Origin: Candidatus Pacearchaeota archaeon
GTDB taxonomy: Archaea > Nanobdellota > Nanobdellia > Pacearchaeales > GW2011-AR1
Length of the DNA stretch: 24,000 bases
Assembly (NCBI GenBank): GCA_038874355.1
Contig: JAVZCO010000001.1
Coordinates: forward strand, 84,913 to 108,912
Direction of reading: 5' to 3'
Below are positions 10,003-18,285 of the stretch, piece after piece. The translations under genes were made by a program, and so were the position numbers. Each line of letters opens with the position of its first letter. The first letter of the stretch is position 1. The notes beneath the pieces were generated by a model. The model did not search any database. It had not been told where the DNA came from and worked only from the letters and a program-made list of their open reading frames with translations.

Positions 10003-10674
10003 ATGGCTTTATTTAAAAGGAAAAGAGAAGAAAAAAATATAGAACTTCCAGAATTACCTAATTTACCAGAATTTCCGCCAATTTCTTCGATAAGTCAAAA
10101 TAAAGACTTAAATTTTTATGAAAAAGATTTTGAAAAAAGAGATAGAGATTTAGAATTGTCCCCGCTTCCTTCTTTTAAGGAAAATGATAAATTAAAAGAA
10201 GAAGTAACAAAAACTATAATTAAAGAGGATATAAATGATACAAATAAAAAATTTATAAAAGAGGATATAGAAGAAGAAAATCTAGAAAAATCTTTTTATA
10301 ACTATGATAAAGAAGAAAAAGAAGAATTAGAGGTAATAAAACCGCAAATAAAAGCTCCTTTGATAAAAGAAATTGACAAAAAATTTGAAAAAGATTTTGA
10401 AAAAGAAGATTTAAAAGAAATTAAAATAAATAACAAAACATCGAATGAAAAAAAAGGTCCTTTATTTATTAGAATTGATAAATATAAAAATGCTATAGAA
10501 AAAATACAAGATGTAAAACAGCAATTAATGGAAATAGAAAAAATGTTAAGAGATATAAAAGAATTGAAAGAAAAAGAAGAATTTGAAATAATTGAGTGGG
10601 AAAAAGAAATACAATCTGCAAAATCAAAAATAGATAGTATTGACAAACTTCTTTTTTCAGAATTAGAAGAATAG
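10003..10674 (+). CDS. acidic coiled-coil protein, unknown function
   Basis: 223 aa from MALFKRKREEKN. Has a Pro-rich LPELPNLPEFPP stretch, a Glu/Lys-rich low-complexity middle, and a C-terminal helical domain (GPLFIRIDKYKNAIEKIQDVKQQLMEIEKML...). Confidence 0.55.
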   Translation: MALFKRKREEKNIELPELPNLPEFPPISSISQNKDLNFYEKDFEKRDRDLELSPLPSFKENDKLKEEVTKTIIKEDINDTNKKFIKEDIEEENLEKSFYNYDKEEKEELEVIKPQIKAPLIKEIDKKFEKDFEKEDLKEIKINNKTSNEKKGPLFIRIDKYKNAIEKIQDVKQQLMEIEKMLRDIKELKEKEEFEIIEWEKEIQSAKSKIDSIDKLLFSELEE

Positions 10675-10688
10675 TGCTTTAAATAAAA

Positions 10689-11048
10689 ATGGAAAAAAAA
10701 ATATATCTAAAAAAAGATTTTTATGAAGTAATTAAATCGAAAAAGGATTTATTAGGTATAGAATTAAGTTTAATTAAAATTTTACAAATTATAAAAAGGT
10801 ATTCTTTCTTAAGAAAAAAAGAAATTTTATTAAAGATACAAATTAAAGAAAAATTAAAAAATATACATTCTGAAATAAATTACATTTTTTTAAATTATTT
10901 ACCAAAAATAGAAGAAAAAAGTGAAGATATTAAAAAAAATAAAAAAACTTTATTATTAAAAGATAAAAAAGAAATAAAAAATAAGGATGTTTTAGAATTA
11001 GAGTTGAGAGAAATACAAAGAAAATTAAAAGAATTAGAAAATTTTTAA
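10689..11048 (+). CDS. small coiled-coil protein, unknown function
   Basis: 119-aa ORF starting 14 nt after the previous gene. Predicted helical; its pattern loosely resembles the C-terminal domain of the upstream protein. Confidence 0.45.
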   Translation: MEKKIYLKKDFYEVIKSKKDLLGIELSLIKILQIIKRYSFLRKKEILLKIQIKEKLKNIHSEINYIFLNYLPKIEEKSEDIKKNKKTLLLKDKKEIKNKDVLELELREIQRKLKELENF

Positions 11049-11143
11049 AATAATGAAGTAAAAAGAATCTTTAATATCTTTTTAAAAATAAATAAAGAAA
11101 AATTTTTAAGTAAGAGTAATCTAGAAAATTAATAAATATGAGA

Positions 11144-11542
11144 TTATTCTTTTTTATGATAATTCACAATTTTTTTTATTTTTAATGCTATTTCTTTAGA
11201 TTTTAAAAAAACATCTTCTGAAGAAAAGCCATATATTTTCCATCCAAATGATTTTATTGTAGAATATTTCTTTTTAAGAGTATTATTCTTTTCCTTTATA
11301 CTTTCTCCTATTATCTCAATTACAATTTTTTCTTTTGGAAAAGCAAAATCAACTTGATAATTTCCAATAGAATACATAATCTTAGGAAAGATTCCTATAT
11401 TATTCAATTCTTTAAGTAACTCCTTTTTCGCCTTTATATTTATATCTTCAACTTCTTTAATTTCCTCTTTTGGTATTTCAAAATATTCTTCCTTTTTTTT
11501 AAATTTATTCTTAAAAAATTTTATTAAACCCATATTTATCAA
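11144..11542 (-). CDS. DUF559/Vsr-like PD-(D/E)xK endonuclease-fold protein
   Basis: 132 aa. The C-terminal YQVDFAFPKEKIVIEIIGES...GWKIYGFSSEDV matches the DUF559 pattern (D-F ... E-x-x-G ... G-W-x-v-x-R-F). Confidence 0.45.
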   Translation of the reverse strand: MINMGLIKFFKNKFKKKEEYFEIPKEEIKEVEDINIKAKKELLKELNNIGIFPKIMYSIGNYQVDFAFPKEKIVIEIIGESIKEKNNTLKKKYSTIKSFGWKIYGFSSEDVFLKSKEIALKIKKIVNYHKKE

Positions 11543-11601
11543 AAGATTTTACTCTTTTTAAACTTTTGTTATATCTTTACATTTTTAAATAAACAGTAAA
11601 A

Positions 11602-11609
11602 TTTATATA
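11602..11609 (+). promoter_or_regulatory. TATA-like box (TTTATATA)
   Basis: Lies 30 nt upstream of the ATG at 11632. Confidence 0.45.
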
Positions 11610-11631
11610 GAACGAATGTTTATTAAAAGGA

Positions 11632-11889
11632 ATGGAAAAAGACATGAAAGAAATAGGTAAAGTTACTCATTTCTTTGACAAAATAAGTGTTGCTGTTGTT
11701 GAACTTACAGATTCCTTGGAAGTAGGAGATAAAATAAAGATAAAAGGAACTACAACTGATTTTGAACAAGAAGTAAAGGAAATGCAAATTGAACATCAAA
11801 AAATTGAAAAAGCAAAGGCAGGTGACTTAATTGGATTGAAGGTTGAAGAAAAAGTAAGAGTTAATGATAAAGTTTATCTTTTAGGATGA
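11632..11889 (+). CDS. EF-Tu domain 2-like small beta-barrel protein (translation elongation factor-like)
   Basis: 85 aa. IGKVTHFFDKISVAVVEL...LEVGDKIKIKG...AKAGDLIGLKV...VYLL resembles a stand-alone GTP_EFTU_D2 barrel. Confidence 0.55.
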   Translation: MEKDMKEIGKVTHFFDKISVAVVELTDSLEVGDKIKIKGTTTDFEQEVKEMQIEHQKIEKAKAGDLIGLKVEEKVRVNDKVYLLG

Positions 11890-11979
11890 GTATTTTATAA
11901 TAAAATCTATGTAAGGGAAATAAAGGATGTATAAATAGAAGAAAAAGTTAAAAATAATCTTATAAAAATTTATAAAAGA

Positions 11980-12219
11980 TTATTTTGCTTCTTGAATTAA
12001 TTTAATTCCTGTTATTAAAGCCCAAATCCACATAGATATAATTAAAGGAATTCCTATTAGAATAAAACTTAAAGGAATTCCTATCAAAAATAAAATTAAT
12101 TGTATAATTCCTTCATCTGTTTTTCCTCCGATTAAACTTCCTAGACCTGGAAGAATTAAAATATTAATTAACAAAGATACAATTGCAATATCTCTACTTA
12201 TTTTTTCTTTTTTAGCCAT
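11980..12219 (-). CDS. small membrane protein (TM2-like PGLG motif)
   Basis: 79 aa with two or three hydrophobic helices and LPGLGSLIGGKTDEG. Confidence 0.45.
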   Translation of the reverse strand: MAKKEKISRDIAIVSLLINILILPGLGSLIGGKTDEGIIQLILFLIGIPLSFILIGIPLIISMWIWALITGIKLIQEAK

Positions 12220-12263
12220 CTATACTAAGTATTTAATTTGATTTATAAATTTTCTTTTTTAGA

Positions 12264-13964
12264 TCATTCTAAAATTGCTTTTATCCTTCTAATTCCAGAA
12301 GCAACTGCTTCTTCTTTTACTATTTTAAATTTACCTAATTCTTTTGTATTTTTTACATGTGGGCCAGAGCATATTTCTTTAGAAAAATCTCCTATAAAAT
12401 AAACAGAAACTTTATCTTTGTATTTATTTTCAAATACTCCTTCTGCTCCAATAGACTTTGCCTCTTCTAAAGACATTTCTTTTTTTACCACTTCTAATTT
12501 TTCTTTTATTTTTTGATTCACAAGATCTTCAATTTTTTTTAATTCCTCATTTGTTAATTTTCTCTGAAAATTAAAATCAAATCTTAACCTTTCTGCTGTA
12601 ATATTACTTCCTTTTTGATGTATGTTATTATCTTTTAATATTATCTTCAATGCCCGATTAAGCAAATGAGTTGCTGTGTGTAATTTAGTTACTTGTTCAC
12701 TATTATCTGCTAACCCAGATTTAAAAACCCCGGCAGATGCTGTTCTGCTCAACTCTTGGTGTTTTTTAAGTTCTTTTTTGAAACCGTCTACATCTAATTT
12801 AATTTTTTTCTCTTTTGCTAATTCTTCTATCATCTCTAGAGGAAAACCATAACTTTGGTATAATAAAAAAGCATCTTTCCCTTCTAAAATTCTTTTATTT
12901 TTTATTATTTTTTCAAATAATTTTTCTCCTAAACTTAAAGTTTTTAAGAATTTCTTTTCTTCTTCTTCTAAAACTTTTATTATATGTTCTTTTTTTTCTT
13001 TTAAGTTTTTGTAATCATCATAAATATCAAAAACGCTTAAAGCAATTTCTTTTATAGAAAAATTTATTTCTAATTTTTTTAAATATCTTATTGCTCTTCT
13101 TATTAGTCTTCTTAATACATATCCTCTTTCTATATTACTCGGAATAACACCATCTGAAATTATAAAAACACTAGCTTTAATATGATCTGCTATAATTCTC
13201 ATCTCTCGTTTATTTTTTTCATAAGATTTTTTAGTTATTTCTTCTATTTTTTTTATTATTGGAAGAAAACAATCTGTAAGAAACATATCTTTATTGTTGA
13301 GTATAGCTAAAGTTCTTTCAACACCCATACCAGTATCAACATTTTTCTGTTTTAATTCACTATAACTTCCATCAGGATTTTTATTATATTGCATAAAAAC
13401 ATCATTCCATATTTCATATCCATTCACAAACATTTCTGTATCAGGACCACACGGCCCTGTATTTCCAGCAGGACCCCACCAATTATGATTTCTATCTAAA
13501 AATTTTATTTTATTTATTCCTAAACTTTTCCATATTTCACTAGATTCTATATCTTTTTCTGCAACTTCATCTCCAGCAAAACAACTTACTTCAATTCTCT
13601 CTATAGGAATTTTTAATATTTTAGTTAAAAATTCAAAGCTCATTTCTATTGCTTCTTTTTTGAAATAATCTCCCAAACTCCAATTTCCCAACATTTCAAA
13701 AAAAGTTAAATGAAAATCATCTCCAACTTCTTCTATATCGTTAGTTCTAATACATCTTTGTACATTGACTAATCTTTTTCCTTGTGGGTGTTTTTCTCCT
13801 AATAAAAATGGTACAAGAGGATGCATTCCAGCTGTAGTAAATAAAACAGTTGGATCATTTTCTGGCACAAGAGAAGCATTTGGAATCTCTTTATGTCCTC
13901 TAGATTTAAAAAAATCTATATATGCTTTAATTAATTTTTTTCTTGTCCATTCCTCTTTTTCCAT
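12264..13964 (-). CDS. alaS: alanyl-tRNA synthetase, short bacterial-type form
   Basis: 566 aa. Motifs NDPTVLFTTAGM, FFEMLGNWSLGDYF, DTGMGVERT, RIIADHIKA and YVLRRLIRRA. The editing-site motifs HTATHLL and CSGPHV are present, and the protein ends at GIRRIKAILE. Confidence 0.9.
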   Translation of the reverse strand: MEKEEWTRKKLIKAYIDFFKSRGHKEIPNASLVPENDPTVLFTTAGMHPLVPFLLGEKHPQGKRLVNVQRCIRTNDIEEVGDDFHLTFFEMLGNWSLGDYFKKEAIEMSFEFLTKILKIPIERIEVSCFAGDEVAEKDIESSEIWKSLGINKIKFLDRNHNWWGPAGNTGPCGPDTEMFVNGYEIWNDVFMQYNKNPDGSYSELKQKNVDTGMGVERTLAILNNKDMFLTDCFLPIIKKIEEITKKSYEKNKREMRIIADHIKASVFIISDGVIPSNIERGYVLRRLIRRAIRYLKKLEINFSIKEIALSVFDIYDDYKNLKEKKEHIIKVLEEEEKKFLKTLSLGEKLFEKIIKNKRILEGKDAFLLYQSYGFPLEMIEELAKEKKIKLDVDGFKKELKKHQELSRTASAGVFKSGLADNSEQVTKLHTATHLLNRALKIILKDNNIHQKGSNITAERLRFDFNFQRKLTNEELKKIEDLVNQKIKEKLEVVKKEMSLEEAKSIGAEGVFENKYKDKVSVYFIGDFSKEICSGPHVKNTKELGKFKIVKEEAVASGIRRIKAILE

Positions 13965-13966
13965 TT

Positions 13967-16462
13967 TTATTCTATATATATAGATGGTTTGTTTGGTTTA
14001 GCTTTTTGAGATTTATTTTGAGGATCATATTTATTTTTATCATTCACTGAAAAGATTTGAATATTTAAATTTAGTTCTTTTTCTAATTTTTTCTTTTCTC
14101 TATTGTATAATTCAATTTCATTTGGTATTACATAAAGAAAAACTTTTTTGGCTTCTTTATTATTTTTTTCTTTTAATATTTTCATTATATTTTTAATATC
14201 CTCTACAGTTTTATCTATTATTTTTTCTTCTTCCTCAAATTTTTCATTAATTTTACTTTCATCTGCTACAGGCCATTTTTCTAAACTTATAAAATTTTTA
14301 TTTCCTAACTTATTCCATAATTCTTCGGTTATGTGAGGACAAAATGGGGATAATAATTTAAGAAAAATTTCTATATCTTCTTTAGATATTTTTTCTTCTG
14401 ATTCTATATAATCAAAAAGTTTTTTTAATTTTATTATAGCTAAATTATATCTCAAATTTTCTATATCATCTGTTACTTCTTTTATAGTTTTATTTAATTT
14501 AGATTCTAATTTAGCACTTGATTTTCCAAAGTTATTATTTATTTTTTTAAAATATTTAAAAAGTCTATTAATAAATCTAAAACTTCCTTCTATTCCGCTA
14601 GAACTCCAAACGAGATCTTTATCCAAAGATGCTTGCGACATTAAAAATAATCTTGCTGTATCAATTCCATATTTTTTACTTATTTCTTCTGGCAATACAA
14701 CATTGCCTCTTGATTTACTCATAACATAGCCATCATTACCATGTAACATTCCTTGGTTAAATAAATGTATTGCTGGTTCATCTATTTTTATTAATCCTAA
14801 ATCTCTTAAGAATTTTGTATAAAATCTAAAATAGATTAAATGCATACAAGCGTGTTCAGCACCTCCTATATATAAATCAATAGGAACCCAATAGTTTGCT
14901 TTTTCTTTATCAAAGATTTCTTTATTATTTTTTGGATCAGTATATCTTAAGAAATACCAACTACTATTCACAAAAGTATCCATTGTGTCTGTTTCTCTTT
15001 TTGCTTTTCCTTTACATTTAGGACATTTTGTATTTATCCATTTTTTTGCTGTGTTTAATGGATTTCCTTCTCCGAATTTAACATTTTTTGGTAATTTTAC
15101 TGGCAAATCTTCTTCAGGGACAGGAACAATTCCACATTTATCACAATAAATTATTGGTATAGGTGTTCCCCAATATCTTTGTCTTGAAATAAGCCAATCT
15201 CTTAGTTTGTAGTTTATTGTTGCTTTACCTAAATTATTTTTTTCTAAAAATTCTGTTATTTTTTTTCTTGCTTCTCTACTATCTAAACCATTAAAAATAT
15301 CTGAATTAACAACTATTCCTTCCTCTGTATATGCTTCTGTCATTTCTTTTTCTGATAATTTCTTATTATATGGCTGTATTACAATTTTTATAGGAATACT
15401 ATATTTCTTTGCAAATTCAAAATCTCTTTGATCATGAGCAGGAACTGCCATGACTATTCCAGAAGCATAGTCTGCAATAACAAAATTTCCAGCATAAACT
15501 GGAATTTTTTCTTTTGTTAATGGATGAATAGCATAACTTCCTGTAAAAACACCTTCTTTTTCTAGTTCTTTTAATTCTTTTTCAGATGTTGATCTTAATT
15601 TTTTTAAGAATTTATTTACTTCTTCTTTTTGCTCATTAGTTACTAATTCCATTAATCTTGGATGTTGAGCAGATATTACTAAAAAAGTAACACCATATAA
15701 TGTATCTGGTCTTGTTGTAAAAATTTTCCAATCTTCATTATTTATTTTAAAAATTATTTCAGTTCCATAACTTTTTCCTATCCAATTTTTTTGCATTATT
15801 TTTATTCTTTCTGGCCATTTTTCTAATTTGTCTATGTCTTCGTAAAGTTCATCTGCATATGCTGTTATTTTAAAAAACCATTGTTCTAAATTTCTAATTT
15901 CAATTTCTGTGTCTGTATGACGCCAACACTTTCCGTCATGTACTTGTTCATTAGCTAAAACTGTATTACATTTTTTACAAAAATTTACAGGAGCTTTTTT
16001 TCTATAAACTAATCCTTTTTCAAACATTTTTAAGAATATCCATTGATCCCATTTATAATAATCAGAATCATGTGTTTTAATAACTCTAGACCAATCATAA
16101 CTTAAGCCTAATGATTTTTGTTGTTTAATGAAATTTTTTATTGCTTTTTCTGTATATAACTTAGGGTGTATTCCTTCTTTTATTGCTGCATTTTCAGCAG
16201 GCAATCCTAAAGAATCATAACCCATAGGGTATAATACATTATAACCTAACATTCTCTTAAACCTTGCATAAATGTCACCTATGATGTAATTAAAGGCATG
16301 GCCCATATGTAAACCAGAACCAGACGGATAAGGAAACATCTCTAGAACATAAAATTTTTTTTTCTTATTATCTTCTTTAACTTGAAAAATTTTCTTTTCT
16401 TCCCATTTTTTCTGCCATTTTTTTTCTATAGCAGAAAAATTAATCTCTTTTATTTTTTTCAT
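13967..16462 (-). CDS. leuS: leucyl-tRNA synthetase, bacterial type
   Basis: Reads MKKIKEINFSAIEKKWQKKW... from the ATG at 16462. Shows the HMGH signature, the CP1 editing TTRPDT motif, VMSKSRGN (KMSKS) and the QWFFKITAYADEL block, which closely parallels bacterial LeuRS. A TTTTAAATAT box lies about 30 nt upstream of this ATG. The 36 extra N-terminal codons in the track look spurious. Confidence 0.9.
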   Translation of the reverse strand: MKKIKEINFSAIEKKWQKKWEEKKIFQVKEDNKKKKFYVLEMFPYPSGSGLHMGHAFNYIIGDIYARFKRMLGYNVLYPMGYDSLGLPAENAAIKEGIHPKLYTEKAIKNFIKQQKSLGLSYDWSRVIKTHDSDYYKWDQWIFLKMFEKGLVYRKKAPVNFCKKCNTVLANEQVHDGKCWRHTDTEIEIRNLEQWFFKITAYADELYEDIDKLEKWPERIKIMQKNWIGKSYGTEIIFKINNEDWKIFTTRPDTLYGVTFLVISAQHPRLMELVTNEQKEEVNKFLKKLRSTSEKELKELEKEGVFTGSYAIHPLTKEKIPVYAGNFVIADYASGIVMAVPAHDQRDFEFAKKYSIPIKIVIQPYNKKLSEKEMTEAYTEEGIVVNSDIFNGLDSREARKKITEFLEKNNLGKATINYKLRDWLISRQRYWGTPIPIIYCDKCGIVPVPEEDLPVKLPKNVKFGEGNPLNTAKKWINTKCPKCKGKAKRETDTMDTFVNSSWYFLRYTDPKNNKEIFDKEKANYWVPIDLYIGGAEHACMHLIYFRFYTKFLRDLGLIKIDEPAIHLFNQGMLHGNDGYVMSKSRGNVVLPEEISKKYGIDTARLFLMSQASLDKDLVWSSSGIEGSFRFINRLFKYFKKINNNFGKSSAKLESKLNKTIKEVTDDIENLRYNLAIIKLKKLFDYIESEEKISKEDIEIFLKLLSPFCPHITEELWNKLGNKNFISLEKWPVADESKINEKFEEEEKIIDKTVEDIKNIMKILKEKNNKEAKKVFLYVIPNEIELYNREKKKLEKELNLNIQIFSVNDKNKYDPQNKSQKAKPNKPSIYIE

Positions 16463-16631
16463 AAATAAATTTATTTTAACAGCATATTTAAAACTTTTGA
16501 AGAAGTTGTTTTCTAAATTGCATATAAATCCTATTAAACTCTTTGAAAGAAATGAAAGCCAGCAAAACATGAAAAAATCCTAAGGATTTTGAGTTTAGAA
16601 TCAGTGGTGGCTGAATAGATTCTTAATATTT

Positions 16632-17434
16632 TCAAGGGCGCTTTCTTAAATTTAGTCTAAATAATTTATTTGCATTTTTCCAAAAAACCCTTTCCCTATT
16701 TTCATTTGAAATTTTTAAAGAATTAATCAATTTAATATGTTCTTTAATATCACACATTGCATAATCCGTACCAAATAAAACACTTTCAGGATTGTCTTTA
16801 ATTGATTGCTCTAAAACTTTTTTTATTTTATCTAAACCTGTTTCTTTTATAACTTCCTCATCTGCAAGAGCAGAAGTATCAAAATAGATGTTTTTGAAAC
16901 CTCTTGTTATTCTATAACAATATTCTACTTCTGGCCAATAATAATGAGATATTATAATTCGTAATTTAGGAAATTTCTTTACAATTTTTATAATATGTTT
17001 TGGATTGTTGTATTTTGCAACTTCTGGATGATTTGAATTCCATCCAGTGTGGATAACTACAGGGCAGTTATGTTTTACACAAAGTCTGTAAATCGGCATT
17101 AATCTTTTATCCGTTGGATAAATTGGATCATGTCCTGGAAAAATCTTTATTCCTTTGATTTTTTTTCTTGAAGTAACGAACCCAATTTAGTTATCCATTC
17201 TTTTTCCTCTGTTCTAATATCTATGGTCCCTAATAAAAAAAGTTTTTTCTCATTTTTTATTAATTCTAAACAAACATCCAAATCCCCAATCCTTGAATCA
17301 TGAAGATTATCTGGAATTAGAATTGCATAATCAATTTTATTTTTCTTCAAATCAGAAAGAAGTTTTTTCTTAGATTGCTCAAAGGTAGAATTTTTTTTAA
17401 CAACGGGAAGATGGAGATGTGCATCAATTATCAT
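16632..17434 (-). pseudogene. Amidohydro_2-type metal-dependent hydrolase interrupted by a frameshift in an A8 tract
   Basis: Two adjacent ORFs, 17434-17147 (MIIDAHLHL...) and 17099-16632 (...VVIHTG...ISH...FGTDYA). The downstream frame stays open upstream to 17186 and reads KKIKGIKIFPGHDPIYPTDKRLMPIY. The frames switch in the coding-strand A8 run (plus-strand T8, 17159-17166), and one extra A would fuse them. Confidence 0.75.
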
Positions 17435-17489
17435 AACTTATACTGGGGAAAAGTTTTTTATAAATTTATTGAAAATATCTCTGTATTTT

Positions 17490-17660
17490 GGAGTATGTGG
17501 TTGCGGAGGCAGCCGAATTCTGAATTACGCCTAACATATGCGGATAAACGAAGTTGCCGAAGCGAAGCTATGAGGAAAGTAAAAATGGGTTGCGATGAAA
17601 AATTTTAGTAGATTTCTTGTTTTTGTTATAAGACGGGGCGGCACATTATTTTAAACTCTC
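17490..17660. ncRNA. GC-rich island, candidate structured RNA of unknown class
   Basis: A local GC-rich patch sits in a non-coding gap. It contains a perfect hairpin, GGTTGC-GGAG-GCAGCC (17499-17514). Possible long-range pairs are CGCCT 17528-32 with GGGCG 17636-40, and ATGTG 17495-99 with CACAT 17642-46. I could not fit any RNA family, and the strand is undetermined. Confidence 0.3.
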
Positions 17661-17664
17661 TTTA

Positions 17665-17740
17665 ATTTTTCTCTTGTTTCTTTTTCTGACAAATTCATAA
17701 TATCATAAGACAAACTTAACTTTTAATTCTTTCTTTTTTG
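17665..17740 (-). repeat. inverted copy of the hsdR promoter plus first ~11 codons (truncated 15-codon ORF MNLSEKETREKLKRV*)
   Basis: The reverse complement aligns without gaps to 18275-18343: 25/35 identical upstream of the ATG and 29/34 downstream. The TTAAAAGTT box (17726-17718) is conserved at the same distance. The ATG is at 17698-17696 and the stop at 17653-17651. Confidence 0.75.
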
Positions 17741-17874
17741 TATGCTTTTATAGATTCTCAATTAATTTATATATTAAATTATTAAATAAGTTAAGTATTT
17801 TAAATTTTCTTAAAAGAAAAATTTATAAAAAGTATTAATATTTAATCTAGGATAAAAGATAAAGGAATAGAAAC

Positions 17875-17886
17875 TATATTTAAATT
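17875..17886 (+). promoter_or_regulatory. TATA-like box (TATATTTAAATT)
   Basis: Lies 26-30 nt upstream of the ATG at 17905. Confidence 0.4.
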
Positions 17887-17904
17887 AATTAAGGAATAGG
17901 AAAA

Positions 17905-18132
17905 ATGAAGATAGAAATATTTGGTTCGGGTTGTCCAAAATGCAAAAAACTAGAAGAAAATGCGAGAAAAGCATTAGAAGAGAAAAACAAAAAAGCCGAA
18001 ATTGTAAAAATTACAGACCTTAATGAAATAATAAATCGAGGAGTTATGGCTACTCCTGCGATAGCAATTGATGGAAAATTAAAAGCATATGGTAGAATTC
18101 CAGAAGTTGAGGAAATAAAGAAGTGGTTATAA
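17905..18132 (+). CDS. small thioredoxin-fold redox-active disulfide protein (CPKC motif)
   Basis: 75 aa. MKIEIFGSGCPKCKKLEEN...ATPAIAIDGKL matches the MTH895-like / small redox-active disulfide protein 2 family. Confidence 0.8.
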   Translation: MKIEIFGSGCPKCKKLEENARKALEEKNKKAEIVKITDLNEIINRGVMATPAIAIDGKLKAYGRIPEVEEIKKWL

Positions 18133-18189
18133 AAAGATTAATAAATTAAGAAAAAATCTACAATAGAAACTAAAAAAAATAGAATAAAA

Positions 18190-18285
18190 ATGCCTAAAAA
18201 AGATTATTCAAGTTGGACAAAAGAGGAGCTAATTAGAGAGTTAGAGAAGTTCAAGAAGCAAAAGAAGACAAAAAGAAAAAGTTAA
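18190..18285 (+). CDS. possible 31-aa basic micro-ORF (MPKKDYSSWTKEELIRELEKFKKQKKTKRKS)
   Basis: An ATG-to-TAA ORF not in the supplied track. It carries an SWTKEELI helix-extension-helix-like motif, and its 3' end lies inside the hsdR promoter repeat. There is no independent support for translation. Confidence 0.2.
   Translation: MPKKDYSSWTKEELIRELEKFKKQKKTKRKS

Noticed and set aside
16463-16570. A 36-codon N-terminal extension of leuS in the ORF track (MFCWLSFLSK...).
   Set aside because: The canonical LeuRS N-terminus begins at the ATG at 16462, and a TATA-like box lies about 30 nt upstream of it, inside the extension.
16574-16628. Two small hairpins downstream of the amidohydrolase: AAAATCC-TAA-GGATTTT at 16574-16590, and AGAATC...GATTCT at about 16597-16625.
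   Set aside because: They are probably ordinary intergenic or terminator structure between the amidohydrolase 3' end and the leuS promoter. Short AT-rich stems are expected by chance.
17499-17514. The hairpin GGTTGC-GGAG-GCAGCC, with its GNAR loop and GCAGCC, resembles SRP RNA helix 8.
   Set aside because: The stem is perfectly paired and lacks the conserved symmetric and asymmetric internal loops that define the SRP54-binding site. No Alu or helix 6 features were found.
17572-17580. GAGGAAAGT resembles the RNase P RNA CR-I motif, suggesting the GC-rich island is a reduced RNase P RNA.
   Set aside because: The rest of CR-I (UCCGGGC-like) is missing. I could not find a CR-V/P4 partner; ACAAACTTA at about 17712 is too short and wrongly spaced. 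No P1-P3 architecture is evident.
17375-17608. A 77-aa plus-strand ORF crossing the GC-rich island.
   Set aside because: It overlaps the amidohydrolase start and promoter on the other strand, has no recognisable motifs and no promoter spacing. It is most likely a chance ORF created by the locally higher GC.
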